Positions 48,126 through 61,639 of a DNA stretch of 64,000 nucleotides are shown piece after piece. The stretch spans positions 71,982,001 through 72,046,000 of the forward strand of contig OX597822.1 in the NCBI GenBank assembly GCA_951406725.2. The letters are read 5' to 3'. A program made the position numbers and the translations under genes. Source of the stretch: Octopus vulgaris (lineage: Eukaryota). Numbering within the stretch: position 1 is the stretch's first letter; each line of letters opens with the position of its first letter. Under the pieces are notes generated by a model, which was given only the letters and a program-made list of their open reading frames with translations, did no database searches and was not told the origin of the DNA.

Positions 48126-49115
48126 ATATACATGATGGGCTTCTTTTCAGTTTCTGTCTACCAAATCCACTCACAAGGCTTTGGTCAGCCTGAGGCTATA
48201 GTAGAAAACATTTGCCCAAGGTGCCACACAGTGGGACTGGACCCGGAATGTATTATAGAATTATAACAAGTTTATTGCACATAAATTTTACCAAAACTTC
48301 CACTATCTTAGATTGTCAGATAACAACATTTTTAGATATTGCAGTGAAATAGTTAATATACAATCCATTAGTTGTGGATTGAACAGGATAATCTATTGGG
48401 TAACTGAATTTCAGTGTGAAGATGATATTAGTTCTTGAAGAGGCAGCAATGACCTATACCAAAATCCTTCAAGGGTTTTAATATGGATAATTTCTATTTT
48501 CTTTTGACTAATATGGATAGAACTATTGACAACAGTAAATTTGCAGTGATTGGGACAGAATAGAATAAGTCCATTGGGTTTGCAGTGTTAATCTGTAAAG
48601 CTTAAGTAGAACTGAGTTTAGAAATGACTGCAGCTCAAAGAGAATTCAAGTTTCCATTTAAATTTGTGTATATTTAGGTTTGTATCATTTAGTATATAAA
48701 AAGCAAAAAATGAGGAATGCAAACCAATTTTCCTAGACATAGCTGTTTGGTTAAGAACCTTACTTTGCAATCACGTGGTTTTGGGTTCAGTCTCATTGTG
48801 CGGCACCATGGACAAGAGTCTTCTACTGTAGCCCTGGGCCGATCAATGCCTTGTGGTTGAATTTGGTTGACAGATACTATATGGAAGCTCATGTGTTTGT
48901 GTATGTCTATGTATGTGTACACGTGTGTGTGTGTCTTTGTGTTTGTCCCTCCACCACTTGATAATTGGTGTTGGTTTGTTTATATCCTTGTAATCTCTGT
49001 AACTTAGCAGTTCTGCAAAAGAGACCAACAGAGTGAGTGCTAGATTAAAAAAAAAGTACTGGGGTTGATTTATATGACTAAACACTTCAAGGTCGTACCT
49101 CAGCATGGCTGCAAG
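47115..49115. mobile_element. Three family A SINEs: + 47115-47485, - 47865-48245, + 48735-49110
   Basis: Head and tail motifs recognisable in each. Confidence 0.8.
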
Positions 49116-50255
49116 CAAAGTAATAGATGAAGTTTTTACCAGTTTATGAACTTCTCTTTTGTTGTCAGTAAGACTGTTCAAGCATGGAACAAAGATTAAG
49201 GTTTTAAGAGTTTCTCACTGTTGAAATTCATGTTTAAATACCTTATTTTTCTTTATGCTCATACCTTCCATTAGGCTGCGATGCTGTATTAATGCCTTGG
49301 CTGTTGTTTCCGTATTGAAGACTGGAATTTTCGTTTAACCCTTTCCTCACCATATTTCTTTTGGTTTAAATTAATTAGGAAAATAATGAAGGATTTTGTG
49401 AATAGCTCATTATTCAGTTGGTGAGCATAAACACAAAATTTTGATGGAATGTTTAAATTTAGCTCACTTTAACCATTTAGGATTCAGATTGTTAAATGTG
49501 ATGCTTTTTTATCCACATTTCTTTGAATTAATCATGTATTATTTTGTAGCTTCAAGATTTTGATATGATTGTATATTTTTTTGAATGACATTGTAGGGTA
49601 GGTGTGAAAGATGGGATCTGGTTGATTTAAGTGTAAAAAAGTAGAATACTTGGGCCAGATCTGGCCAGTTTAAATGCTAAAGGAAGTTTGTACCATAGAA
49701 CCCAGGGTGGCTTCAGATGGCTGGGTATCAAAAAGGGCTAAACTGAGATAACCATTTTTTTAATGTTGAATATCTGATTTTGTGGTGATGCTGGGGGTCT
49801 TTCTGTTAATGTTTTCCCATGTTGGAGAATTTAATAAAAGAGTAGCAACCACATTGTACAAGATGCATTTGATAACATGCAAAAATTATAAGTTCTCTAA
49901 AAATTGAAATATATTTCATGAGGTGCCAAAAAAAATGAAATTTATAGCTATGTCTGTAATACATGCACATCACATATTCAACATTTAAAACATGGCCCTT
50001 CTATGATGTAGTTACTTAAGTTTCAACTCATAGTCTTAAATCAAGTCACTTACTAGACAAGTACATTTCCAATAGATTTTAAAAATTGTAAACCAATCCA
50101 AGACAAGAAACAAGCAAGGTGTTGGTTGGACACATTAAAGTTACAGCTTGAGTTATGCATATATAGCACTTCCATAGAACTTGCTGATCTCTGAAATTTA
50201 GTATGTTCATCCTTTTATTAAGAATACTAATTCTGTTTTCTGTTTGTTTTTTCAG

Positions 50256-50451
50256 TATGACAATTCAGATGAAGTGGTCGTATGGATGAACACAGTAGGG
50301 CCATACCACAATCGGCAGGAAACCTACGAGTATTTCTCGTTGCCCTTCTGTGGTGGCCCAAAAGAAAGCATTAGTCATTACCATGAAACACTGGGTGAAG
50401 CCTTACTTGGTGTTGAATTGCAGTTTAGTGGTCTTGACATAGATTTTAAAG
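50256..50451 (+). CDS. TM9SF3: Transmembrane 9 superfamily member 3, coding exon 2 (196 nt)
   Basis: Acceptor ttttttcag. Encodes [65 protein letters not shown]; the [15 protein letters not shown] motif is diagnostic of TM9SF3/EMP70. Donor G|gtaaac, phase 1. Confidence 0.96.
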
Positions 50452-50649
50452 GTAAACAAATATGTTTTCTTAAATATTTTATTTCAGCATTATTTTCTGA
50501 TATTTTCTGACTTAGTTGAATGTAATAGTACTTTCATGCCAGTCCTGTACTGACTCCAAGAATCGGACACTTTGGAAAAATCTACCTGTGAAGTCATGCC
50601 GAGATTCAGTCACTATACCTATCAAGGAAATGATATCATATACCCCACT

Positions 50650-51375
50650 TCAAACAGAGAGAAAGTATGCGATTAGATCCCTTAAGGTATAACTCTCTTT
50701 ACGACCAGAGGGCCTTCAACTGCTGAAAATTACTAATCCCCTATGAAGCTCAAATGAAATCCTCAATTGAGTATTGCTCCTACATCTGGGGTGGGGCTGT
50801 TGCAACATATGGACATCCTAATGCATCCAAAAATGGCCATCTAACTGATTGGCATGAATTGCGCAACAACACCACACTCTAACATTTGATCCACAGATGT
50901 TCTCTCCTCTTCAATGAGATGGTTGGATGCAACTATTTGGACATTGATGATTTGTCTTGGCTAACTTGACATTCAGCCTGTTTTGGTGCTGGAGTTAAAT
51001 ACACATGCACACATGTGCGTGTATGTGTGTGAGCACAGAAATATACATGTACAGAGAGAAAGAGAGAGAGAGGAGGATAGGAGACAATGAAAGAAACATC
51101 TGGTGTCAAATCAGTGATACCAAATGGGCAGTGCTAAAACGGTGGTGCCAAAATGTCTCACACCCCTTCTCTGCCCATTTTTCCGACCACCATTACATTT
51201 CAGCCCTTTAAAGCTACCTGGTTTCATGCATCCTCCTCTCAGGCACCCCTGGCTAACTTGTCCCACTTCCTCTCACCATCCATATTGTGCCCAGATCTCA
51301 CATGAACCAGTATGCCCAACTTTTTCTTCCCAGAATATCGGTCCCTTGTGATTTGAACTATTCAAAAGGAATATT
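50650..51375 (+). mobile_element. Highly decayed Jockey/CR1-group LINE C-terminus
   Basis: Remnants YEAQMKSSIEYCSYIWGGA (cf. YKAQIRP.MEYCSHIW) and SHHPYC. Confidence 0.45.
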
Positions 51376-52149
51376 GCCTGGCTTGTTAACAGTTTTGCCA
51401 GCTCACCATCTTGATTACAATGTTAATAAGGATGCAGTACCCGGCAGTGGCTCTCATGGTTTCTGATCTTAACTGATTGGAAGTGTTAACATGTACATGT
51501 TTTGTCTTGGGCTTCTGCAGTTATTCAGCACAACTCTTTAGATTTGCTTGTTAGTTGTTTGACCTTAACTAGTTTAGCATGTCCCTCAGTGACTGACAAT
51601 GTGAGCGTCTCTGATGATGAGAAGGAGTAGCAGGGGAAACATCATAGCCATGTGTTGAAAGCTGTGTGAATCTTATGATGTTCACAGAAATGACTGATGC
51701 AATAAACTTTATCTTCAAGCTGTGGCAGCCAAGTAGAGACAGAATTGACAGAGCATTGGACAAAATATCTTATGGTATTTAGAAATGTGATGTGAGTTCC
51801 ATTATTGCTCAAGCTGGCTTTTGTTATAGTCATTTCAAAACCAGTAAAAGAAAAGAGTGCATTTGTAAGAAAACTGAAAGTGGAGCAACTGGTTATGTTC
51901 TATTGATTCTCATTCAGATGTCCACAAAACATTGACACTGAAATATATCTTAGTATATTATTCAATATTTGCACTTAAAAAAAAAACAAATCCATGCTAC
52001 TGCTTTGTTTGACATAATGTTAAGTAATTTGAGAAAGTTGCTCAGCTTTATCTTTTACTGCAAATGAAAACCACCTTCTCATTTATTTAAATCAAGTTTT
52101 TGTGCATCACCATCCTCAATGTCGTCATCATTGTTGTCATCTGACGAGG

Positions 52150-52575
52150 ACGTCATGGCATGGGTGTCAATCAGGTGGTACTGTCATTGGTCACGACAAT
52201 GATTTCACTTGCCTCAACAGGTCTTTGCAAGCATAGTTTATTGCCCAATGATTGAAGGGTACTCTTAAATCGGCTGGTTATGCTGCACTGGCACAATTAT
52301 GATCTCACTTGGCTTGTCGGGTCTTCGCAAGCACAGCATATCTCTAATGGTCTCGGTCACTTGACATTGCCTCAGTGAAGCCCAACGTTCAAAGGTTGTA
52401 CTTCACCACCTCATCCCAGGTCTTCCTGGGTCTACCTCTTCCACAGGTTCCCTCTAGGGTGTGACACTTTTTCACACAGCTGTTCTCATCCATATGCAAC
52501 ACATGACAATACCAGTGCAGTCATCTCTTGCACATCACATCTGACGCTTCTTAAGTCCAACTTTTCTCTTGGGGC
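52150..52575 (-). mobile_element. RTE LINE fragment
   Basis: Matches 59000-59280 (cttcctgggtctacctcttccacaggttccc = GTCGRGRPRK). Confidence 0.8.
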
Positions 52576-52744
52576 GCTTTCTACTGACTTCTCTTCTGCC
52601 TAGTGAGCCTTGTTACTTCTCAGATGATAGAAGAACCTTGCTTTGTTTCCTGCTAACTAAAACTTTTGTCTTTACTTAGTCTGCCTTTCATCCCTCTGAA
52701 TTATTAAAGTGACAGTCAAATACTGGGGTCAATAAAATTGATTA

Positions 52745-53265
52745 CAGGCATACCTTGGCTTAAGTGATTATGATTTAAGTCGTTCTTGATTATACGTCGG
52801 TTTTCAGAAATAATATGTAAAAATAAAAAGTGAAGTCATTTTACTCGACTTTGCGTCTGTCCGCCACAAATATTGGAATCGTAAAATCACTAGAAAACTG
52901 TTAAAAGAATGTAAAATCATGTTACTGTACAATAAATAAGAATACAAGCATATAAAATCATATTAAAATACGTACAGTTACTGTTAAGATACACACCATA
53001 AAGTAGTGTAGCTTAGTGAATGAAATCATGAAATCAGCTATGCTGTCTTTATCAGTCTTTCAGCGCTTATATTGCATATCTACTGTTAGGCATTGTTGTC
53101 ACTCATGATTCCTGTGATTGTTTTGAATTCAAATTTGTTTATGTCTGGTTATCGTCTACTGTCTCACTGTCATTCATTTGTGACTTTATTTTTTGCTCCC
53201 ATGGCTCCTAAGAGAATTCATAATGAAAGTGCTAAGCGTTATACTATAACGCTGGAAGTACAGAA
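52745..53265 (+). mobile_element. Tigger-like transposon 5' end
   Basis: TA-CAGGCATACCTTG resembles the Tigger1-type TIR; MAPKRIHNESAKRYTITLEV at 53201 resembles a Tigger/CENP-B N-terminus. Confidence 0.5.
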
Positions 53266-54467
53266 CCAGGAATAGTTATTATTGTGTCTCCAGAAGCCAA
53301 TTAACAACGTAGGGTGAGGTATGCCTGTATTTGTTTCTTCACAAATTCCAGGCCTTGTGCCTATGTTAGAAGCAAGTATTAAGGAGCAATTCATTGGCTG
53401 AATCAGTACAGCATTTGACAAAATTCCTTGCAATTTTTAGTCATGTTACTTCTATTGTGAGTTCAGATTCAACTGAGGTTATCTTTCAATTTCATCTCTC
53501 GAGTGTTGATAAGGTACCAATCAAATACTTGAATTAATTAGATCATCTGTATTCTTCTTCTAAATTTGAGTCCTTCGTGCTTATGTTAGAAATCCTTTGA
53601 TCAATTTTTAAGCTTTATATTTAAGATTAGTAAATCTCTTTATGTACCCCAAAATGGGTACTGTTTTTTCTAAAACTCAAAAAAAAATTTTTCTTAAGCC
53701 CTAAGACTCATTAGGCTGGTTACCTGGTGTCGGCATGAAAGGATTCAAGGCCAATGATTTTGATGGGAAGGAACAAGTTGATTATATCAATCCCAGAACT
53801 TGTCTGGTATTTTATTTTATCAACCCTGAAGATATGAAAGGCAAAGTTCTCTGGGATTTTAACTCAGTATATAAAAAGCCAGATGAAATGCTGCTAAGCT
53901 TTTTGTCCGACATGTTAACAATTCTGCTTGCTCGCTGACTTTTTAAGAGCTATATTCTGTCATTAATTCCTTCAACAATGGATCAAGAGTTAAAATACTA
54001 GTACCCTCTCATCTAAAGAAAACAACCCCCCTCAAAAAAAACAAAACAAAAACCCTTCACTCATTGTGTGGTATCTTTAGCTGGTATTAAAATTATTTGT
54101 TTTAGCAATTATTAGATAATTTATATAATTATCTGAACTTGTAATAATATCTAGCCCCAGTGAAAGACAGCAAAGAAGAATGTCAATGCAAAAGCATCAT
54201 TAACATAATTGTGTGTTAATGGTGAGGTCATTCTGACTTGATCCTGGCAAGCAAGAATATATTGTTGAAGGTCACTAATACATAGTAGGAGATTGTGGAA
54301 GTAATAAATTCTGTTTTTTACTGGCTGAATCTGTTGGAAGGAGTATCGTCAATAACTTTTGCATACTCTCCAAGACCAAGGAACTCGATGCCATTAAATG
54401 TTGTTGTAGCTTAACTCCCGCGTGATAGACATTAGTGATGAAGAACGTTCCAGATTTATGGTGTTCT

Positions 54468-54690
54468 TATTTCTTTATTGCCTACAAGGGGCTAAACATA
54501 GAGGGGACAAACAAGGACATTAAGTCGATTACATCGACTCCAGTGTGTAATTGGTACTTAATTAATCGACCTCGAAAGGATGAAAGGCAAAGTCGACCTC
54601 GGCGGAATTTGAACTCAGAACGTAATGGCAGACGAAATACCGCTAAGCATTTCGCCCAGCGTGCTAATGTTTCTGCCAGCTCGCCACCTT
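54468..54690 (-). mobile_element. Young family B SINE with ~20-bp TSD
   Basis: ttc[c/t]agatttatggtgttct at 54448-54467 and 54692-54711. Confidence 0.9.
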
Positions 54691-55391
54691 ATTCTAGATT
54701 TATGGTGTTCTGAGGGAGAAGGACTGGATTTGGTGGCTTGTACATATTTGTGTGTAGTTGAATGCAAAGTGGATAATGAGAGGTGAAAAGAGGTGATAGA
54801 AAAGACTGAGAAGAGACCAGCTCACTCTGGTGAACAGAGGTTATTATAATGGTTATAGAAAAATGTCACACTAATCCCCAGATGACTGGAGCCTGGTGCT
54901 GTTCTCTGACTCACCAGCTTTGGTCAAACTGTCTAACCCATGCCAGCATGGTAAAAGGATGTTAAATGAAGATGACGATCATATTAACTTTGTCCTGTGT
55001 ATAAGCCACACCTCAGCTTTTGTCAGTTAAAGGATAAAGTTGTATGACTTATACATAAATAAATATGGTAAATGACCAGGTGATCAAAAACTTCCACCAC
55101 ATGCATATGCTTAGCTTGAACCAAGTCTGAGTTTAAGCTAGACTCTTTGTCTTAAGTGGGTCTTGCAGTATGGAGTGTAGCAGTGTTTATGTTACAACCA
55201 TTTTCTGATTGGAAAAAAATGATTTAGATTTTACAAATTGGTTGCAGGAACAGAATCAACATTGTTCTTGGCATCCAGTGCTTCATTTAAATACTTTACA
55301 TTTTTTAATATTTTATCTGATGTGCTGTTAACTGTACATCTAAGCGCTGTATTACTTACTGAGAGCATTAAAGAATATTTCACACTATATG

Positions 55392-56137
55392 AGCACCTTG
55401 TGCAAGTGTCTTCTGCTATATGCCTGTGTGTGGATGTGGTAGATGGAAACTGAAAGATCATCATCGTGTGTATGCGTCTGCATGTGTGTATGTGTGTGTC
55501 TGCATGTGTGTGTGTGTGTGTGTCTGCATGTGTGTGTTGCTGTCTCCTTGCCATGACATTTTGTGGTAGTTTAAATGGTCTTCGTTTCCAATTTTCTGTA
55601 AAAAAAAACAAAAAAAAACCATCTCTGGTCATTAGGGAAATATTAGCTTACTTGGAAACAGGTGAGGGTTGGTGATGGGAAGGGTATCCAGGCATAGAAA
55701 ATCTGCCTCAACAAACTTTCTATGACACCTGCAATCATAGAAAAGTGGACATTGAAACAAGCTGCTGATGATGATGATAAAGCTATTCTGTTACCTCTTT
55801 TACTTGTTTCAGTCATTTGACTGTAGCTATGCTGGAGCACCGCCTTTAGTTGAGCAAATCGACCCCAGGATTTATTCTGTGTAAGCCTAGTACTTGTTCT
55901 ATTGGTCTCTTTTGCTGAACTGCTAAGTTATGGGGACGTAAACACACCAGCATCAGTTGTCAAGCAATGTTGGGGGGACAAACACAGACACACAAAACAC
56001 ACATACACATATATATATGACAGGCTTCTTTCAGTTTCTGTCTACCAAATCCACTCACAAGGCTTTGGTCGGCCCAAGGTGCCACGCAGTGGGACTGAAC
56101 CCAGAACCATGTGGTTGTTAAGCAAGCTACTCCTGCG
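55392..56137. mobile_element. Family-A-head/RTE-tail SINE (+, 55392-55780) followed by a family A SINE (-, 55795-56137)
   Basis: Head and tail motifs as above. Confidence 0.7.
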
Positions 56138-56324
56138 CTTTAAAGATTTCAACAATCTCCTAGATGTGAAAGCATCTGTGGAACCCTTTTAGTTTTGATC
56201 TTTTTGTTAGGGAAAATACTCTTGATACTTCAAATATATTGGTGCAAAGTAGAATGGTCATGCTTTTCTCAGGAGCATTAGCACTGGAAGTCAAACAGTT
56301 TCGCTTGGAAGTAGAAACCATTTA

Positions 56325-56434
56325 CAGTAATGCCTTGATATATGAGTTAATTAATTCCCGGGGAACACTTGTAAAGCGAAAACTTATAAACAATAAATAA
56401 AACGCATAAAAACTCGTAAAGTGAGGTATTACTG
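56325..56434. mobile_element. Tigger-type MITE with TA TSD
   Basis: TA-CAGTAATGCCTTGATATATGAG ... CTCGTAAAGTGAGGTATTACTG-TA. Confidence 0.75.
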
Positions 56435-56818
56435 TATTTTGGAATTTACTCTAAGAATTACTGTCAAGTTACAGTATCTGTCTATAATAAGTAATTAGCA
56501 TTCCTTATTCAGGCCAAACTCACCTGCAGTCAATTGTCTTCAGTGTAATACCACAGAATTGGCCTCATTAGTCATCAGAGGCAAAAACACAGAGAGGGGA
56601 AGAAGTGGTCAAAAAGAAACCAAATAAATGATTGGACCCATGCTAAAATGCCGCCGATAATGAATACCACAGAATGAGAGGATTGGGTATGATTGTTTGA
56701 ATGTTGATGATTTGGCATGGCTGACTGGAGATTCAACCTGTTTTGGTGCCTGTATGTTTTGTGCACACACATGTACACATAAATATGCACATACAGACTA
56801 TGTGTGAGAGAGAGATTA

Positions 56819-57069
56819 AAAAATAATAAATGCACCCTTTTAAAGCCTAGCCAGGCTCAAGGGCCCGGTTTCTATAGCGTAGGTGTTCCCCAGCTGGACG
56901 GGATGCCAGTCCATCGCAGCGTTACTCATTTTTGCCAGCTGAGTGGACTGGAGCAACGTGAAATGAAGTGTTTTGCTCAAGAACACAACGCGTCGCCCGG
57001 TCCAGGAATTGAAACCACAATCTTACGATCATGATGCTGATACTCTAACCACTGAGCCACGCGCCTCCA
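56819..57069 (-). mobile_element. tRNA-derived CORE-like SINE with 14-bp TSD
   Basis: tgagagagagatta at 56805-56818 and 57070-57083; head ggcgcgtggctcagtggttagag on the minus strand. Confidence 0.88.
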
Positions 57070-57385
57070 TGAGAGAGAGATTACAATTTGCTAATTGAAC
57101 ACTATTGATGTAAAATCTTTCTCTAGAAATATGCTCCTACACAAACAGTAGGGTTGGTGTGCAGTGGGGAATGAGAGATAGATTAATACATTTGATATCG
57201 AATAAGTCATATCTAATCAATGACACCAAAGCATCTGGGCCAATATATCTCATACCTATAACACTAGTGCTTTTTTTTTTATTAATGATGCAAGGAAAAT
57301 CAGTTGTGATTAATGAGATTTGAATTTGGTATAAACAGAACTATTACTGCTGAAGATCAGTTACTTCAGGTACAATCACACTGAC

Positions 57386-58160
57386 TTAACCCCTTAGCAT
57401 TTAATCTGGCCTTATCTGGCCCAAATATTTTACCTGTTTTATGTTAAATCTGACCAAATCTGACTTCTCACACCTACTCTACAATGTCATTCTGAAAATA
57501 GGAGTGGCTGTGTGGTAAGTAGCTTGCTTAAACAACCACATGGTTCCGGGTTCAGTCCCACTGCATGGCACCTTGGGCAAGTGTCTTCTACTATAGCTTT
57601 GAGCTGACCAAAGCCTTGTGAGTGGATTTGGTAGACGGAAACTGAAAGAAGCCTGTCGTATATATGAGTCGCCATAGCTCCTCAAGTTTTTTTTATTCTC
57701 TCTCTGTTTATTTCCTTGTGTTTCTTTCTGTTGAAGAGCATAGGCTCGAAATGTAAAACACTTTCTCACCTTCCCGAGTGTCAAACTAATACACCCGATT
57801 GTTGTTTATACACCTGTCTTCATCTTTGCTTTGGTTTTTCTGTGTGTGTATATGTGTCTGTGTTTGTCCCCCTAACATCACTTGACAACCGATGCTGGTG
57901 TGCTTACGTCCCCATAACTTAGTGGTTCGGTGAAAGAGACCAATAGAATAAGTACCAGGCTTACAAAGAATAAGTCCAGGGGTTGATTTGCTCAACTAAA
58001 GGCGGTGCTCCAGCATGGCTGCAGTCAAATGACCGAAAAAAAATAAAAGAATAAAAGAATGCCTTTGAAATCTTGAAGCTACAAGATTAATTCAAAACAA
58101 GGTGTATGAATTCAAAGCAATGTGAAAAAATAAGCCATTCATTTGACAAAGAAATTTGAG
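57386..58160. mobile_element. TTAA MITE containing a family A SINE (57500-58040), which itself contains a PLE-like tail fragment (about 57666-57840)
   Basis: The insert ttgaagagcataggctcgaaatgtaaaac..cacctgtcttcatc is related to 3170-3260. Confidence 0.7.
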
Positions 58161-58417
58161 TAGTGGCTGTGAATACATACCATTTGTAACTTTAGAAGAA
58201 AGTCAACATGTAGTTATATTGATTTTATTTTCGTTTTTTTCTTCTAATAACTGAAGAGAAAAATGTCAATGTCACGCATGGCATTGTAATTATATCCGTT
58301 GATGTGTTTTTCTTACTATCAAAGTTAAAAAGTAACAATTGAATTTGGTTTTTTAATAACTAAACTACTCTTAGATTTTTTATGACGAATTAGTTAGAGG
58401 AAGTGTGTTGGGCTATA

Positions 58418-59482
58418 CATCATCATCATCATCGTTTAACGTCTGCTTTCCATGCTAGCATGGGTTGGACGATTTTACTGAGGTCTGGCAAACCAGATGA
58501 CTGCACCAAACTCCAATCTGATCTGGCAGAGTTTCTACAGCTGGATGCCCTTTCTAATGCCAACCACTCCGAGAGTGTAGTGGGTGCTTTTACGTGCCAC
58601 TGGCAGGGCCAGTCAGGTGGTACTGGCAACTGCCACGCTCAAATGGTGCTTTTTATGTGCTACCTGCACAGGAGCCAGTCCAGTGGCACTAGCAACAACC
58701 TCGCTCGTATGTTTATTTGTGTGCCACCAGCACAAGTGCCAGTAAGGCGACGCAGGTAACGATCACGCTTGAATGGTGCTTTTTACGTGCCACCAGCACG
58801 GAGGCCAGTTTGTTGCTCTGGCAACGATCATGCTCGTATGGTACTCTTAGTGCGCCAGTAGCATGGATGTCAGTCATCGAATTTGATTTTGATTTCGATT
58901 TCACTTGCCTCAACAGGTCTTCGCAAGCAGAGTTTAGTGTCCAATGAAGGAAAGGTATGCATAAGTGGGCTGGTTATACCCCTGGCATAGGCCACGAGGT
59001 TATGGTCTCGTTTGGCATGCCGAGTCTTCTCAAGCACAGCATATTTCCAAAGATCCTGGTCACTAGTCATTGCCTTGGTGAGGCCCAATGTTCGAAGGTC
59101 ATGCTTCACCACCTCATCCCAGGTTTTCCTGGGTCTACCTCTTCCACAGGTTCCCTCAACTGCTAGGGTGTGGCACTTTTTCATACAGCTATCCACATCC
59201 ATTCTTGCCACATGGCCATACCAGCGCAGTCGTCTCTCTTGCACACCACATCTGATGCTTCTTAGGTCCAACTTTTCTCTCAAGGGACTAACGCTCTGTC
59301 GAGTATGCACACTGACATTACACATCCATTGGAGCATACTGGCTTCATTCCTTGCTAGCTTACGCAAGTCCTCAGCAGTCATGGCCCATGTTTCACTGCC
59401 ATGTAGCATGACTGTTCGTACACATGCGTCATACAGTCTACCTTTTACTCTGAGCAAGAGGCCCTTTGTCACCAGCAGAGGT
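58418..59482 (-). mobile_element. 5'-truncated RTE-clade LINE
   Basis: ORF LRVKGRLYDACVRTVMLHGSETWAM..RRLRWYGHVARM..GRGRPRKTWDEVV, then 3' UTR subrepeats and (GAT)n tail. Confidence 0.92.
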
Positions 59483-60894
59483 CCAAATGCTGTAATTGTG
59501 ACAGGGTGCATCATATGGTTTCAAAGTGATGGTATATTTAAGTGAACAGAGTATCATATGCTGTTATGTATAATTTTTTAAAATTGAAAATGTAACTACG
59601 TTGCGTTTGCCATAATTGCAGAAATTGGTTTGTGACTTTTGTAACTTGAATAAAAACTTTGAATGGTGTCTGAGGACATTCTCTCTTTGTATCTGCAAGG
59701 AATGCTTGCTGTTGCAGTGTACAGTGAGAGAGAGAAAGAGGTTGGGGGATATTAATATGAGCAATGAAGAAGCAACAGATGTTAAGAGGCACTGGTAGAG
59801 AAAGAGAGAGAATGAGTTAAAGCAAATGTCATTCCCATAAAGTAATTAAAATATCTTGACTTGTTTTAATATTCATAATAATTGGAAAAAGCAAAGCATC
59901 AGTAATTAATTTGAAACCACAATTTATGTATTTTATACGTAATTAATGTTATATTATAAAATCTTATTGATTAGGTCAAATAACCTAATGTAGTTATAGA
60001 AGTTTTGAATACAGTTGCATTTCATCCTTGTAACTAATTCAGACATGTAAGGTAAAAACAAAAAACAGAAGGGCAAAAAAAAAGCTATTGCTTGAAATCT
60101 CTTTCACATCTTTTTTTTTTAATGTTAATTTATGCTACCTGTTCAAACTTAGTGATTATACACTGGTTAATAAAATTTGTGATTGTACACTGGTGATATC
60201 CTGTTTAAAAGTAAAGTATGAAAGTACATTATGTTCACCTCCCTAAAAAAAAAAAGCAATATTTAATTTTGACTATTTTTAGAAGCATATTTTTTAAAAA
60301 CAAAATTACGTTGCTTAGGTTTTAATTGAATCTAAGAGTCAATAGGAATTTGGAGAGATCTTCAGAAATATCTGTGTGAAATTACTGCTTGGAAGGTAGC
60401 TATGTGGTTAAGACTGTCACTCTGCAACCACATGGTTTTGGGTTCAATTCCTGTACACACCCCCTGTATGAGGGTTCGCTCCTGCATCCCTTGCTTTATA
60501 GCTGGTAATGGTTTGCTTACATCCCCATAACTTAATGGTTCAGTAAAAGCTGTTCTTATGTAATTTTATAGTAGAGGGTTCTTATTTAAATACGGACACA
60601 CTAAAGCCACTAGTTTCATGCTAGAGACTTAGAAGCATATCAGTATGAAATGAGTTGATTTCAAACTGGTTAAACAAATGGTGGTGAAAATTAGTACAAA
60701 GTGTTTTATTTGATTAGATGGGCTTTTGCTTTTTAGAAAGTCATGAATAATTATAAAAGTACACTCAATATTTTTGTAGTTATATAGATCCATATCTATG
60801 GTAAATCTGACAAGAAGCTCCACCTCATCACCCAACCTGATTTAGTTTGTGATTTAACACTTGCAACTTAACAAGCCATATTTCCAGTACCTTA

Positions 60895-61621
60895 ACGTGA
60901 TCTTCCCTAAAATAAATGATGCCAAGGTTAAAGAGGGCATATCCATAGGCCCTCAGATTTGTTGACTTATAGCTGATGAGGTGACAATGGATGAAACTGA
61001 GCTTGTGGCCTGGCATGCATTCAAAGATGTATGCAACGGAATTTTGGGAAAGCACCGAGTGGCCCAGCGAGAGAGTATAGTGGAGTGCTTAATCAAGTGC
61101 TTCCAAGATCTCGGATGCAATATGTCACTGAAGATACACTTTCTTTATTCTCGTCTGTCCTTCTCAGAGAATGCAGGAGATGTAAGTGATGGATATGGAG
61201 AGAGTTTCCATCGAGGTATAGCGTTAATGGAAAACAGGTATAAGGGAAAATGGAGCCCAGCAATGCTGGCTGATTTCTGCTGGAACCTGAGGCATGACAC
61301 ACCTGAGATGTCTTATAAATAAAGAAGTAAATACTAAAATGTAGGTCAGTACATTATATAATGCCAACAAACAAGCTCATTCATTATATATTTATAAATC
61401 AATTACAATGGACATATTTAATCTGACTTTAGGAGCAAAATGAATTTATGGTATTGTGGAAATTGGTATAATTGCATAATTATTAAGTTGGTAATTTACA
61501 AGAAAATGTAATGTCATGGGAAATTTTTGTTATAAAATTCGAATTTAGCTCAAGCAACTTCATAAATGTATATGAGAACTATGTTTTTTTTTTGCTTGAC
61601 CCTGAAATTTGTTGTTCAGTG
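60895..61621 (+). mobile_element. Chapaev3-type (CMC) transposase C-terminal fragment with right end
   Basis: FPKINDAKVKEGISIGPQI..AWHAFKDVCNGILGKHR..LGCNMSLKIHFL..DVSDGYGESFH..MENRYKGKWSPAMLADFCWNL; ends ...gttgttCAGTG. Confidence 0.8.
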
Positions 61622-61639
61622 TTATTATTCGTACAGGCT

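Noticed and set aside
51605-51645. CTGATGA...GAAAC as a hammerhead (similar hits at 9140 and 60973)
   Set aside because: No stem II or stem I pairing; the other hits lie inside transposase coding remnants.
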